A stretch of DNA of 64,000 nucleotides from NCBI GenBank assembly GCA_030603385.1, contig JAUVXW010000001.1:128001-192000 (forward strand), written 5' to 3'. Origin of the DNA: Promethearchaeota archaeon. GTDB lineage: Archaea; Asgardarchaeota; Lokiarchaeia; Sigyniarchaeales; SOKP01. The stretch's first letter is position 1, and each line of letters starts with the position of its first letter. Under the pieces are notes generated by a model. That model did not search any database, was not told the origin of the DNA, and worked only from the letters and a program-made list of their open reading frames with translations. Positions 40,555 to 50,855 of this stretch are shown piece after piece. The position numbers were made by a program, and so were the translations under genes.

Positions 40555-41892
40555 GTGGATTTTGTACCTCACGATAGAAAAACAATTGCTGAGATGTTGA
40601 GGGTAATTGGGGTAGCAGATATAGAAGAATTATTTCAAGATATCCCTAAAGATTTAATTAAAGAAAAGTTAGATTTACCCACGGGATTATCTGAACCTGA
40701 TCTTTTTCGCCATATGGAAGAAATTTCAAGAAAAAATAAAATTTATTCGAGTTCTTTCTTAGGTGCTGGGTGTTATTATCATTATATCCCTTCCTTAGTT
40801 GATTTTGTTATTTCTAGATCAGAGTTTTACACATCATACACACCTTATCAAGCAGAAGCTAGTCAAGGGTATTTGCAAGCCATTTATGAATATCAAACAA
40901 TGATTTCCAGACTTACTCAAATGGACATTGCTAATGCAAGCATGTATGATGGCTCTACTGCTCTTGCTGAAGCAGCTATCATGACCACTCTAATTACTAA
41001 TAAAAAATCTATATTTATGTTGGAAGGAATTCACCCAGAATATATTGAAGTTGTTAAGACTTATTGTTGGGGGCAAAATATTAGTATTGAAATAATAACT
41101 GAAGATAAATTATTGAATCAATTAAATGAAGATGTTGCTGCATTATTATTCCAAAGTCCCAATTTCTTTGGTGATATAGAGAATATCTCAAAATTGGTGA
41201 AGCATGTTAGGGAGAAAGCTCCAAATTGTTTACTGGTTCAAGTAATGACTGATCCTACATGCCTAGGAGTTATTAAACCACCGGGTTTAACAGATATAGA
41301 TATCTTTGTAGCTGAAGGACAGTCTTTTGGCATAAGTCCATCATTCGGAGGACCTGGATTAGGGATTTTTACTGCTAAAAAGAAATATCTAAGAAAAATG
41401 CCAGGTAGGTTGGTTGGAAAAACTAAGGAGATTAATGGAACGCGCAAAGGATTTATTTTAACATTACAAGCGCGTGAGCAGCACATCCGACGCGAAAAAG
41501 CTAGTTCGAACATATGTACAAATCAAGCATTATGCTCGTTAGCAGCATTAGTTTATCTATTAGCAATGGGAAGAACTGGATTAAAAGGGATTGCGACCCA
41601 AAATTTTCAAAAAGCTCATTACCTCAAATCTAAAATTGGAAAAATTCCTGGTTACAAAATCTTAAACACCAAACCAACATATAACGAGTTTTTAGTTAAC
41701 TGTCCTAGTATTGATTCTCTTATTTATCAATGTAAGCAGCGGAACTTACTTCCGCCCCTTAAAATATCGAAATACTACCCTCAAATGAAAAATACTGCTT
41801 TGGTGTGTATAACAGAAATGAATTCAAAAGATTCAATTGAAGCATTTATTCAAGCTGCTCAAGTAGCATTAAACAATAAAGCGGAGGGGTAA
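40555..41892 (+). CDS. gcvPA: Glycine dehydrogenase subunit 1
   Basis: FLGAGCY, SEFYTSYTPYQAEASQG, NASMYDG, FGGPGLG, MPGRLVG, LQAREQHIRREKASSNICTNQ. Confidence 0.97.
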   Translation: MDFVPHDRKTIAEMLRVIGVADIEELFQDIPKDLIKEKLDLPTGLSEPDLFRHMEEISRKNKIYSSSFLGAGCYYHYIPSLVDFVISRSEFYTSYTPYQAEASQGYLQAIYEYQTMISRLTQMDIANASMYDGSTALAEAAIMTTLITNKKSIFMLEGIHPEYIEVVKTYCWGQNISIEIITEDKLLNQLNEDVAALLFQSPNFFGDIENISKLVKHVREKAPNCLLVQVMTDPTCLGVIKPPGLTDIDIFVAEGQSFGISPSFGGPGLGIFTAKKKYLRKMPGRLVGKTKEINGTRKGFILTLQAREQHIRREKASSNICTNQALCSLAALVYLLAMGRTGLKGIATQNFQKAHYLKSKIGKIPGYKILNTKPTYNEFLVNCPSIDSLIYQCKQRNLLPPLKISKYYPQMKNTALVCITEMNSKDSIEAFIQAAQVALNNKAEG

Positions 41893-41897
41893 ATATT

Positions 41898-43334
41898 ATG
41901 AAATCAAATATAACTCTAATCTTTGAAAAGGGAATAGATGAAGAACTACAAAATTATATACCTGAAATGGACATAGAAGTCGCAGACCTTAAAGAAATTA
42001 TTCCTCAGATTCTATTAAGAAATGATATACCCATTCCAAATGTTCCAGAAATTGTAATTGTTCGTCATTTTGTGAAATTAAGTCATAAAAATTATGGTGT
42101 TGATACAGGAATTTATCCATTAGGTTCATGTACAATGAAATACAACCCTAAAATTAATGAATCTATTGAAAGATTACCCGGTTTCAGTCAAATTCATCCA
42201 TTACAAGAGGAAAATCAGGGTTCAATCAAACTCTTATATAATATCTCAAAATTCTTAGGAGAAATAACGGGTATGGATAGATTTACACTTCAGCCGGCGG
42301 CGGGAGCGCATGGAGAATTAGCAGGATTATTAATTATGAAAAAATATTTTGAACATAAGGGAATAAAAAAAGAAAAAATTATTGTACCTGATTCCGCTCA
42401 TGGAACTAATCCTGCATCGGCAAAAATGGCAGGCTTCTCAATTATAGAGTTAAAATCAAATGAACAAGGAGAAGTGCCACTTGACCATTTAGAATATGCA
42501 ATGCAGGGAGGTGATGTAGCGGGAATAATGCTAACAAATCCTAATACTTTAGGAATCTTTGATCGACATATTAAGGAAATTACACAAATTGTGCATAATA
42601 ATGGTGGATTATGTTATTACGATGGAGCAAATTTAAATCCGATGCTAGGTATATGTAGGCCTAGAGATATGGGATTTGATATTGTCCATCTTAATCTACA
42701 TAAAACCTTTGCTACACCACACGGAGGAGGTGGTCCAGGTTCAGGACCTATAGGTGTTATAAATGACCTTAGTCCTTTTCTTCCTGAACCATGCATTATT
42801 TCAACTGAAAATGGATTAGTATGTAAAGAATCTACTGGTAAATCTATTGGTAGAATTAAATCTTTTTGGGGTAATTTTGGAGTTATTGTTAGAGCTTATG
42901 CTTATATTTTAGCTTTAGGTGCCGAAGGACTACTTCGGGTAGGTCAGATTGCCGTATTAAATGCCAATTATTTGCGTGTCTTATTACAAAAGAAATATTA
43001 TCTTCCTTTTAATCGGGCATGTCAGCATGAATTTGTAATTTCTGACAAAAATATGGCTAATAACATAACAACTGAAGATATTGCTAAAAGAATTCTTGAT
43101 TATGGGATATACGCCCCAACTATTTATTTTCCTCTGATTATACAAGGAGCTTTAATGATAGAGCCTACTGAAACTGAATCAAAGGAATCTTTGGATTATT
43201 TTGTTGAAATAATGAACAAAATCTATGAAGAAGCTAAGGAAAATCCCCATCTTTTAAAAAATGCACCTCACAATTTACCTGTTAAACGTTTAGATGCAGT
43301 TATAGCTGCAAGAAAGCCTGTATTACACGATTAA
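41898..43334 (+). CDS. gcvPB: Glycine dehydrogenase subunit 2
   Basis: YPLGSCTMKYNPK, QPAAGAHGE, SAHGTNPAS, PLP-Lys in HLNLHKTFATPHGGGGPG, MIEPTETES. Confidence 0.97.
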   Translation: MKSNITLIFEKGIDEELQNYIPEMDIEVADLKEIIPQILLRNDIPIPNVPEIVIVRHFVKLSHKNYGVDTGIYPLGSCTMKYNPKINESIERLPGFSQIHPLQEENQGSIKLLYNISKFLGEITGMDRFTLQPAAGAHGELAGLLIMKKYFEHKGIKKEKIIVPDSAHGTNPASAKMAGFSIIELKSNEQGEVPLDHLEYAMQGGDVAGIMLTNPNTLGIFDRHIKEITQIVHNNGGLCYYDGANLNPMLGICRPRDMGFDIVHLNLHKTFATPHGGGGPGSGPIGVINDLSPFLPEPCIISTENGLVCKESTGKSIGRIKSFWGNFGVIVRAYAYILALGAEGLLRVGQIAVLNANYLRVLLQKKYYLPFNRACQHEFVISDKNMANNITTEDIAKRILDYGIYAPTIYFPLIIQGALMIEPTETESKESLDYFVEIMNKIYEEAKENPHLLKNAPHNLPVKRLDAVIAARKPVLHD

Positions 43335-43433
43335 TATCGGTATTTGAATAAATTTTTATACTCTTTGGCAATATAAAATTTAAAATAAACAAATTTAGTA
43401 AGACCTAGTTAATTACAATTTTGGTGTACAAAA

Positions 43434-45401
43434 ATAAATTACTTATCTTTTTTTCCGTATGACAAATTTAGGAAAGATCAAGAAAACATTATCAAGCAAA
43501 TTGAAATAGATTCGAAATCAAAAAAAAATATATTATTAGTAGCTCCTAATGGAACTGGAAAAACAATAATTGCGTTAAGTGGACTTCTCCCATTAGTATA
43601 CGAGAAAAACTTAAAGATGATTTATATGTGTAGAACACATTCTCAAAATCGAAGGGTTACTAAGGAATTAATTAAAGTATCCCAAAAAATAACCGAAGAT
43701 AACCTTTCTGTAAAATTAAATGGTCTTTCAATTAGAGGAAGGAATGAGATGTGCTTAAATGAAACACTGTTAACATTAAAATTAAATCCAAAAGAGTCAA
43801 TGTCAGTCTGTAGAGACTTAAGGCAAAATAGAAATTGTAGTTATTTCTTAAATTTATTAAAAAAAAAAGGAGAAGTGGAAAATCCTGTATTGATAGCACC
43901 AGAATTATTCAATAAACCTATTGATGCTGAAGAACTAATAAATTTTTGTAAGGACAAAAGATTATGTCCTTATTTTTTATGCAAATTTCTCTTAAAAGAG
44001 ATGAAAGTTATTATCTGTAATTATCAGTGGCTTTTCAATCCGTATATTCGAGATTTATTTTTACAATTTATTGATCAAGAGCTTAAAAATTGCATCTTAG
44101 TTCTCGATGAATGTCATAATATAATTGATATAGCAACAGAGGTAAATTCAGATAGATTAACGCCCTATTCACTGAAGCTATGTTTAAAAGATCTTGAAAT
44201 GTATAGATCCCCCATTATTATGCAAGATTTTGTTAAAATCTTGTTGGATCACTTGAATGAAAAAAAACTTGATCTAAAACTCGGAGAACAAGAAGTAGAT
44301 CCAAATAAATATCTAAAATATATATTTGAAAAGTTAAAATTCAGAGATTTGAATGGATTTAAAAATTTAATTCAAGAAATTCAAGAATTTAGTATTTCAA
44401 TTCATGAAGTGAAGTTAGCTAATGGTAAACTTTCAAGGGATTTTTTGGGGTCTATAGCTGAATTTTGGTTAAAATGGTTAAAAACCTTTAATTTAGATAA
44501 TTATTTCTTTTGCTTTAATCTTAAGGAAATAAAAGGAAAAAGATCGATTTCATTAGAGATAGTAGCTTTAGATCCTAGAGAAATTGTAATTCCAATTCTA
44601 AAATCCGCTTATACATCCTTAAACCTTTCTGGAACAGTAAACCCTTATGTTTATAATAATTTAATGGGGTTGAACGAGAGTGGTAAGAGCTATAAAGGTA
44701 TAATTACAGATTCACCATTTCCAAAGAAAAATATAAAAGCAGTAATAATTGAGGGTGTGGACACAAAAAGAGCTAATAGAACGCCAGCAATGTTTAAAAA
44801 AATGATAGGTAAAATTAATGAGGTATTGGCTTGTACACCAGCAAATATTGGCATATTTTGTGCTTCTTACCAAATCCTTAGAGGCCTTCTTTCAAATGGG
44901 ATAAAGAATATCATAGAAAAGAACAATAAAAATCTTTTTATTGAGGATCCTGGATTATCTGCTTCAGAGAACAATGCGATGGTCGACGATTTTAAAGCAC
45001 AAGCATCTAATAGTGGTGCAGTATTACTTGGAGTATGTGGAGGAAGGAATTCAGAAGGAGAAGATTATCCGGGAGATTATATGAATTCTGTTGTCATAGC
45101 AGGATTTCCTTACCATTTACCTACTCCAAGAGTTGATGCAAAAATTAAGTATTATGATAAAGTTTTTAAAAATCAAGGATGGAATTTTGCGTATTTATAT
45201 CCTGCTATTCAAAGAGCTAATCAAGCTTCTGGACGCCCCATAAGAAAGTCTTCTGACAAAGGAGCAATAATATTTATGGATAGCCGTTTTAAAGCGAAAT
45301 ATAAATGGATTTCTAGTTGGATTAGAGAAGAACTAGAACTTATTCCTGATAAACCTAACGCTGTAATTCAAAACCTAAATCCCTTTTGGGATACTAAATA
45401 A
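43434..45401 (+). CDS. XPD/Rad3-family Fe-S DNA helicase (probable ATA start)
   Basis: The Q-motif FPYDKFRKDQ and Walker A APNGTGKT are in frame upstream of the ORF-track ATG (43617); also RTHSQ, Fe-S Cys residues, CPY, DECHN, SGT, GRNSEGED, QASGRPIR. Confidence 0.92.
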   Translation: MNYLSFFPYDKFRKDQENIIKQIEIDSKSKKNILLVAPNGTGKTIIALSGLLPLVYEKNLKMIYMCRTHSQNRRVTKELIKVSQKITEDNLSVKLNGLSIRGRNEMCLNETLLTLKLNPKESMSVCRDLRQNRNCSYFLNLLKKKGEVENPVLIAPELFNKPIDAEELINFCKDKRLCPYFLCKFLLKEMKVIICNYQWLFNPYIRDLFLQFIDQELKNCILVLDECHNIIDIATEVNSDRLTPYSLKLCLKDLEMYRSPIIMQDFVKILLDHLNEKKLDLKLGEQEVDPNKYLKYIFEKLKFRDLNGFKNLIQEIQEFSISIHEVKLANGKLSRDFLGSIAEFWLKWLKTFNLDNYFFCFNLKEIKGKRSISLEIVALDPREIVIPILKSAYTSLNLSGTVNPYVYNNLMGLNESGKSYKGIITDSPFPKKNIKAVIIEGVDTKRANRTPAMFKKMIGKINEVLACTPANIGIFCASYQILRGLLSNGIKNIIEKNNKNLFIEDPGLSASENNAMVDDFKAQASNSGAVLLGVCGGRNSEGEDYPGDYMNSVVIAGFPYHLPTPRVDAKIKYYDKVFKNQGWNFAYLYPAIQRANQASGRPIRKSSDKGAIIFMDSRFKAKYKWISSWIREELELIPDKPNAVIQNLNPFWDTK

Positions 45402-45403
45402 AA

Positions 45404-45598
45404 TTACTTTTTCTTAAAACTCTCTAATAGTCGCTTTTTTGGTTTAAATTTTATTAATATGCTCGCTACTGCAAGTAGTGGAAAAATTATCATGAAATAC
45501 ATAGCAATATCATATGGATTATCATTAGAACTAAATATCATCAATAAAAGAGTGAAAACTAATCCACCCAAAAAACCTCCTGAGGAAGAAAGAAAGAA
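45404..45598 (-). pseudogene. Two-TM fragment, possibly the C-terminal remnant of an MFS-type transporter (or a 55-aa membrane protein from TTG 45571)
   Basis: Manual translation FFLSSSGGFLGGLVFTLLLMIFSSNDNPYDIAMYFMIIFPLLAVASILIKFKPKKRLLESFKKK*; GGxxGG helix then a final helix and basic tail. Confidence 0.45.
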
Positions 45599-45613
45599 TC
45601 AAGGTTTTTACTC

Positions 45614-47422
45614 CTAAGCTTTTAATGCTTGTTTCTCTTTTATTTTTCTGTATAAGCTAATTAACTTTTTCGAAACTATACTCCATCGAAAATTATTTTC
45701 TACTCTTTTATAGCAATTCTCTTTAATTTTATAATAAAAATCTGGATCTAATATGACTAAAGATTTAAGAACCTCATCAGGTATTTGATTAACCATATTA
45801 AGTGCTTCTTGTTCATAAAGCGAATCTTTATTTTTTGCTCTCTTAGAGATTTCTGCTAATAGAAAAAGAGAAATTAAAGCGTTAGCAAATTGAGAAGGAT
45901 TATCTTTTTCAATTATAATACCAGTGCCAATTTCAGAGAAGTTTCTAATATCAATAATGGTCTCTTGAAATCCTCCAACACGTGTTGCGATAATGGGAAG
46001 CTTTAATGACATTGCCTCTAAAGCAACGATACCAAAAGGTTCCCATCTTGATAATGCACAATACAAATCTGCAGAAATATGTGCTAAATGAAAAATATCT
46101 TTCGCAACTCCAAAAATTATACGGAGATTATCTGGGAACTTTTTAACAGTTTGAGAATAAGATTTAATTTCTCCTAAACTGTAATCAGTAGGTAGTATTA
46201 GAAATAGAAATTTTGCGTTTGGTATAACCTTGATTACTTCAGGGATTGCTTTAAAAATGGTTTCAAAACCTTTCTGTTGTGATATCCTTCCTGTAGTAAT
46301 TACTAAAGGCCCTGAATCTTCAAATGCTTTTACATTTCCATTCTTAATGAATTGATTGCCATTTGAGATCTCATTTATTACATTAAGTATTTTTTCAGAA
46401 CGAATAAGAGGGCTTTTGTCTAAATGAGCAATTTTATGAGTCAAGAGGTATTTCTTCATATCTGATAAAGTTAATTTCTTCTCAATAGGAAAATCTAAAA
46501 ACATCCGTATTTCTTCTCCATGTTTATCTATGACTTGCTGATAAATCTCATTGTAATCCCAATCGCATCCATCCCAAATAAAATCAGATTTAAACACAAT
46601 TAAGTCATTTCCACAATTCGGTATTATGTCTGATATAAGATATGATTGACTAACAGTTGTAACCATATCACATACAACCGCACCGATCTTTTCCAAAGTC
46701 GGAAGTTGACCTATTTTATTAAGCGGACTATATTTTTTACATAAATCAAAAATCTCACTTAAAGTTAGTAAAGTATGACCCTTTTTTAAAAGTATCCTAA
46801 TCGGGGTTTGATCTATGCCACATCCCGTATAAAATTCAATCTCATACCTAGAACGCGTTAATAAGTGGATAGTAATTATTGAATAGACATCTAAACCATT
46901 TTTAATTAAAATTTGTTTTATACCAATAAATGGTATTACAGCATGATAATCATGTAGATGTATTATATTTGGCAATTTTTCTCTTTGATTATCAATAAGA
47001 TAATCTAGATAACATTGCATTCCAATGCTAAATAAAGAAATCTTCCCCCTAAGAGTATCAGGATTGTATACTGCAGGATCATCCAAAAATCTATTTGTAA
47101 ATGAATTTTCTCCAGTTAATAAAATGATATTTACATTATCGATTTTAGATTTATGAAATGAAATACTATAATTACTTTCAAGCTCATTCAATCCAAAAAT
47201 TGAGGGATTAATCTGACCAACACAATTGAAAGGTAATTTTTCCCATTCATAATTTTTTTTAAGGTTATTTATTTGACCGTGAGATGGAATAAAAACAGTA
47301 AGTTCAAATTTATCCGCAATATGTTTTGCTTGGTTAGCGGGTACTTCTCCCAAACCCCCTACTTTAATAATTCCAGCATATTCGAATGTAAATATCCAAA
47401 CTCTTTCTTTTTTCTCACTCAC
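45614..47422 (-). CDS. glgA: Glycogen/starch synthase (GT5)
   Basis: FEY..KVGGLGEV ADP-glucose motif, IHLHDYH, LEKIG, TTVS, GRISQQKG, SRWEPFGIVALEAM, TRVGG. Confidence 0.9.
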   Translation of the reverse strand: MSEKKERVWIFTFEYAGIIKVGGLGEVPANQAKHIADKFELTVFIPSHGQINNLKKNYEWEKLPFNCVGQINPSIFGLNELESNYSISFHKSKIDNVNIILLTGENSFTNRFLDDPAVYNPDTLRGKISLFSIGMQCYLDYLIDNQREKLPNIIHLHDYHAVIPFIGIKQILIKNGLDVYSIITIHLLTRSRYEIEFYTGCGIDQTPIRILLKKGHTLLTLSEIFDLCKKYSPLNKIGQLPTLEKIGAVVCDMVTTVSQSYLISDIIPNCGNDLIVFKSDFIWDGCDWDYNEIYQQVIDKHGEEIRMFLDFPIEKKLTLSDMKKYLLTHKIAHLDKSPLIRSEKILNVINEISNGNQFIKNGNVKAFEDSGPLVITTGRISQQKGFETIFKAIPEVIKVIPNAKFLFLILPTDYSLGEIKSYSQTVKKFPDNLRIIFGVAKDIFHLAHISADLYCALSRWEPFGIVALEAMSLKLPIIATRVGGFQETIIDIRNFSEIGTGIIIEKDNPSQFANALISLFLLAEISKRAKNKDSLYEQEALNMVNQIPDEVLKSLVILDPDFYYKIKENCYKRVENNFRWSIVSKKLISLYRKIKEKQALKA

Positions 47423-47661
47423 GATGCTTCGAACCTTTTTTAAGCGCCGTTAAAAGCAAAAAATCAATTTAACATTCATGTTGATTTAATTTAAGTCTTT
47501 AAAAAAAGAATTTTATTAAAACTTAATTAAAATTTGATTTGTTTGATTCGAATACGACAAAAAGTAAATATTTTGAGGAATATAATAAAAACTAATGGAA
47601 CAAATTTATATTAATTCATAAAAATGGTATATTATAAGAAAAAGTATTGGTGATATGTACA

Positions 47662-48036
47662 ATGAACAATATTGAAGTGATAGATACTGGCACTCCTAAA
47701 GCTGGACCCTATAGTCTTGGTATAAAAGCAGGAAACCTTGTTTTTCTTTCAGGACAGGTTACTGATCTAGTTACTAAAGGTATAAAAGAACAAACCTTAA
47801 CAGCTTTAGAAAAAATTAAAAAAGTTTTAGAAGTCGCCGGTGCAAGTGTTTCAAATATCGTTAAAACCACAGTTTATTTAAAAAATATGTCAGATTTTAA
47901 GGAAATGAATGGTGCATATAAAGATTTTTTTTTACAAAATGGTGTTAAAGAAAAATTCCCAGCAAGAACTACTGTTGAGGCTACTTGTCCTCTTCCAAAT
48001 GGGTTAATTGAAATTGATGCTATAGCAGTTCTTTAG
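47662..48036 (+). CDS. ridA: RidA/YjgF family enamine/imine deaminase
   Basis: GPYS, VFLSGQ, IVKTTVYL, FPARTTV, IEIDAIA. The ATG at 47662 follows a GGTGA SD. Confidence 0.93.
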   Translation: MNNIEVIDTGTPKAGPYSLGIKAGNLVFLSGQVTDLVTKGIKEQTLTALEKIKKVLEVAGASVSNIVKTTVYLKNMSDFKEMNGAYKDFFLQNGVKEKFPARTTVEATCPLPNGLIEIDAIAVL

Positions 48037-48077
48037 TAAAAAAGGTATAAAACCATATTTGAATTTTTGTGGGCATA

Positions 48078-48359
48078 ATGAAAAACAAGTATATAATTAT
48101 TGATTCAAAGGATAATTGTGCTACTGCTCTGGAGGATATTCCTCAAGATGCCAAAATAGATTTAATAGATAAAATCATTAAAATTAATCACAAAATTTCT
48201 CTAGGGCATAAATTTGCTATCAACAATATCGAAAAAGAAGATTATATAATAAAATATGGTGAAATAATTGGAATTGCGACTGAAAAGATAAGTGAGGGTG
48301 ATTGGATTCATACACACAACATTAGAAGTTCCTATTTAGAGGTGAAAAAGGATGGATGA
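48078..48359 (+). CDS. UxaA/SuyA-family small SAF-domain subunit
   Basis: DNCATAL, GHKFA, IIKYGEIIG.A, GDWIHTHN. Confidence 0.9.
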   Translation: MKNKYIIIDSKDNCATALEDIPQDAKIDLIDKIIKINHKISLGHKFAINNIEKEDYIIKYGEIIGIATEKISEGDWIHTHNIRSSYLEVKKDG

Positions 48360-49476
48360 AGGCTTTTTAGGGTATCCCCGTTCTAATGGTATGGCTGGTA
48401 TTCGTAACAAAATAGTTGTTGTATCTTCAGTGGTTTGTGTGAATACTGTAGTTCGAAGAGTTGTTGAAAAAATAGATAATGCCGTAGCAATTACACATCC
48501 TTTCGGATGCGGTCAATGGGGAACAAGTTTTTCAAATACATTTAATATTTTGGCAGGTCTCGCAAGTAATCCAAATGTTTATGGTGCTCTTGTCATTGGA
48601 TTAGGATGTGAAAATCTTTTTAGTAATCGTTTAGCTGATAAAATAAAAGAATCAAAAAAGCCAGTAGAATCTTTTAATGTACAGGACGTGCAAGGAGGGA
48701 CTCTCGGTGCAATTGAAAAAGGTGTAAGTATTTGCAAAAGATTTGATAAAGAAGCAAAAGATTTGAAGAAAGAATTTTTTGATTATTCACATATTACATT
48801 AGGCTTAGAATGTGGTGGATCTGATGCAACATCTGGAATTACAGCAAATCCAACTCTTGGAATTGTATCTGATAAGTTAGTAAACTTAGGAGGAACCAGT
48901 ATCCTTCCAGAAATGGCAGAATGGGCTGGAGCTGAACATTTATTAAGTAAAAGGGCAATAAATGAAGAAGTTGCTAAAGAAATTATGAGACCTTTTAAAG
49001 GAAAATTAATTGAAAACCGTTCTCCTGGAAATATAGCTGGTGGATTAAGTACACCTGAAGAAAAATCACTAGGGAATATTGCTAAAGGTGGAAAAGCTAC
49101 TATACAAGGTGTTATTCAATATACAGAAAAACCTAGAGGAAAAGGATTATGGTTAATGATAGAACCTGGATTAGACGTTGTGTCCATGACTGCTCTTGCT
49201 GCAGCGGGAGCTAATATAATTGTTTTTACAACTGGTCGTGGAACACCATTTGGAAGCCCAGTAGCTCCAGTTATTAAAATTTGTGGAAATCCGAAAACTT
49301 GTGATTATATGGCAAGCAATATCGATATAGACGCTAGCAAAATCATAACTAATAATAAAACAATAGAAGACATTTCTGAAATATTATGGAAAAAGCTGAA
49401 AGAGGTTTGTAACGGAGAAAAAACCATTACTGAAAAACTAGGATTCGAAGAAGATATCGGGATTTGGCGTGCTTAG
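48352..49476 (+). CDS. UxaA/GarD/SuyB-family hydro-lyase large subunit
   Basis: GYPRSNG..GIRN, HPFGCG, NPNV..GLGCE, LECGGSD..SGITANP, SPGNIAGGL, EEKSLG, FTTGRGTP. Confidence 0.9.
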   Translation: MDEGFLGYPRSNGMAGIRNKIVVVSSVVCVNTVVRRVVEKIDNAVAITHPFGCGQWGTSFSNTFNILAGLASNPNVYGALVIGLGCENLFSNRLADKIKESKKPVESFNVQDVQGGTLGAIEKGVSICKRFDKEAKDLKKEFFDYSHITLGLECGGSDATSGITANPTLGIVSDKLVNLGGTSILPEMAEWAGAEHLLSKRAINEEVAKEIMRPFKGKLIENRSPGNIAGGLSTPEEKSLGNIAKGGKATIQGVIQYTEKPRGKGLWLMIEPGLDVVSMTALAAAGANIIVFTTGRGTPFGSPVAPVIKICGNPKTCDYMASNIDIDASKIITNNKTIEDISEILWKKLKEVCNGEKTITEKLGFEEDIGIWRA

Positions 49477-49616
49477 TATAATTCTTTTTTAATTTTGCTT
49501 TTTACCTTTTTCGGTTAAATCAACTTTTGAATTTTTACTTTCATTAAATGAAAACATATTTTAAAAATCATATTTTTACCTTATTTAAATTTAGATAATA
49601 ATATTGGTTTGAAATT

Positions 49617-50837
49617 TTGGATGAATTAGAGAAAGTTATATTAGATAAAATAGATAATATGAGGGAAGAAATTATAGAATTCCTTCAAGAGATGATAAAA
49701 AAACTATCTGCAGTTCCACCTGGAAAATATAAAGAAATTTCAAAATTTATAGCTTCTAAAATGAACGAGTTTGGGATACAAACTCAAAGGAAACGACACA
49801 ATGTTATAGGTGAAATAGGTAATGAAGAGGGACCAACTCTAATATTCAATGCTCATTTCGATACTGTGCCTACTTTTAATGGTTGGACAAAAAATCCTTA
49901 TGGTGGAGAAAGGATTGGGGAAAAAATTTATGGACGAGGTGCATCTGATGACAAATCATGTGTAGCAGCAGAAATTTTTGCCACCAAGGCTTTGATTGAC
50001 ATGGGGGTTAAGTTAAATGGAAAACTAATTGTTTCTGGTGTAATTAATGAAGAAATTGGAGGCATGTTGGGTTCTGAGTTTCTTGTAAATGATGGAATAG
50101 TAAAAGGAGATGCATGTTTATTAGGTGATTCTGTATGTGATTATCCAGTTGCATATCGAGCAGGAACATTTCAGATAAGTTTTATAATTAAAGGAATACG
50201 TAGACACGCACAAGGATGGCCGGATTTACCCCCACCTAATCGGAATATATATTCTGGAATAAATACAATTAATAAAATGCTACCAATTATGAATTTTCTA
50301 ATGGAATTACAAGAAGAATTAAAATCTAAAGAAACTAAATATCCTCTTTCCCCAGATATGCCGTCTAAAATTAGTAGTGTTAATTTTACAATGATAGAAG
50401 GAGGAGTCTCAGTAAACACTGTACCTGATAAATGTGTTTTACATTGCTTGATTAATACAATACCAGAACAAAATATTGATGAATTGAAAACAAGAATCTT
50501 AGATTTTATTGAAGATTTAAAGAAAAATGATCCTAATTTAGACATAACAGTACAAATATCAATACATATTGAACCACAAATAACAGATACTAACTCAGAT
50601 TTTGCGAAAATTGTCAAAAATGCTTATCAAGCAGTATATAATGAAGAAAGAGATTTTAAAATCATGTTGCCAACAACAGATGCTCATTTTTTCCAACAAA
50701 AAGGAATAGAAACAATTTTAATTGGACCGTTTCGAGGAGATAATAACATTCATTCGACCGATGAGTTTGTATATATTGAAGATTTGATAAACGTGACAAA
50801 ACTATATGCAATAACAGCATTAAATTATCTGAGATGA
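49617..50837 (+). CDS. M20 family (ArgE/DapE-like) metallopeptidase/deacylase
   Basis: FNAHFDTVP, IYGRGASDDK, NEEIGG, GGVSVNTVPD, TDAH, IHSTDE. Confidence 0.9.
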   Translation: MDELEKVILDKIDNMREEIIEFLQEMIKKLSAVPPGKYKEISKFIASKMNEFGIQTQRKRHNVIGEIGNEEGPTLIFNAHFDTVPTFNGWTKNPYGGERIGEKIYGRGASDDKSCVAAEIFATKALIDMGVKLNGKLIVSGVINEEIGGMLGSEFLVNDGIVKGDACLLGDSVCDYPVAYRAGTFQISFIIKGIRRHAQGWPDLPPPNRNIYSGINTINKMLPIMNFLMELQEELKSKETKYPLSPDMPSKISSVNFTMIEGGVSVNTVPDKCVLHCLINTIPEQNIDELKTRILDFIEDLKKNDPNLDITVQISIHIEPQITDTNSDFAKIVKNAYQAVYNEERDFKIMLPTTDAHFFQQKGIETILIGPFRGDNNIHSTDEFVYIEDLINVTKLYAITALNYLR

Positions 50838-50855
50838 ATTTTATTTACTAAAATT

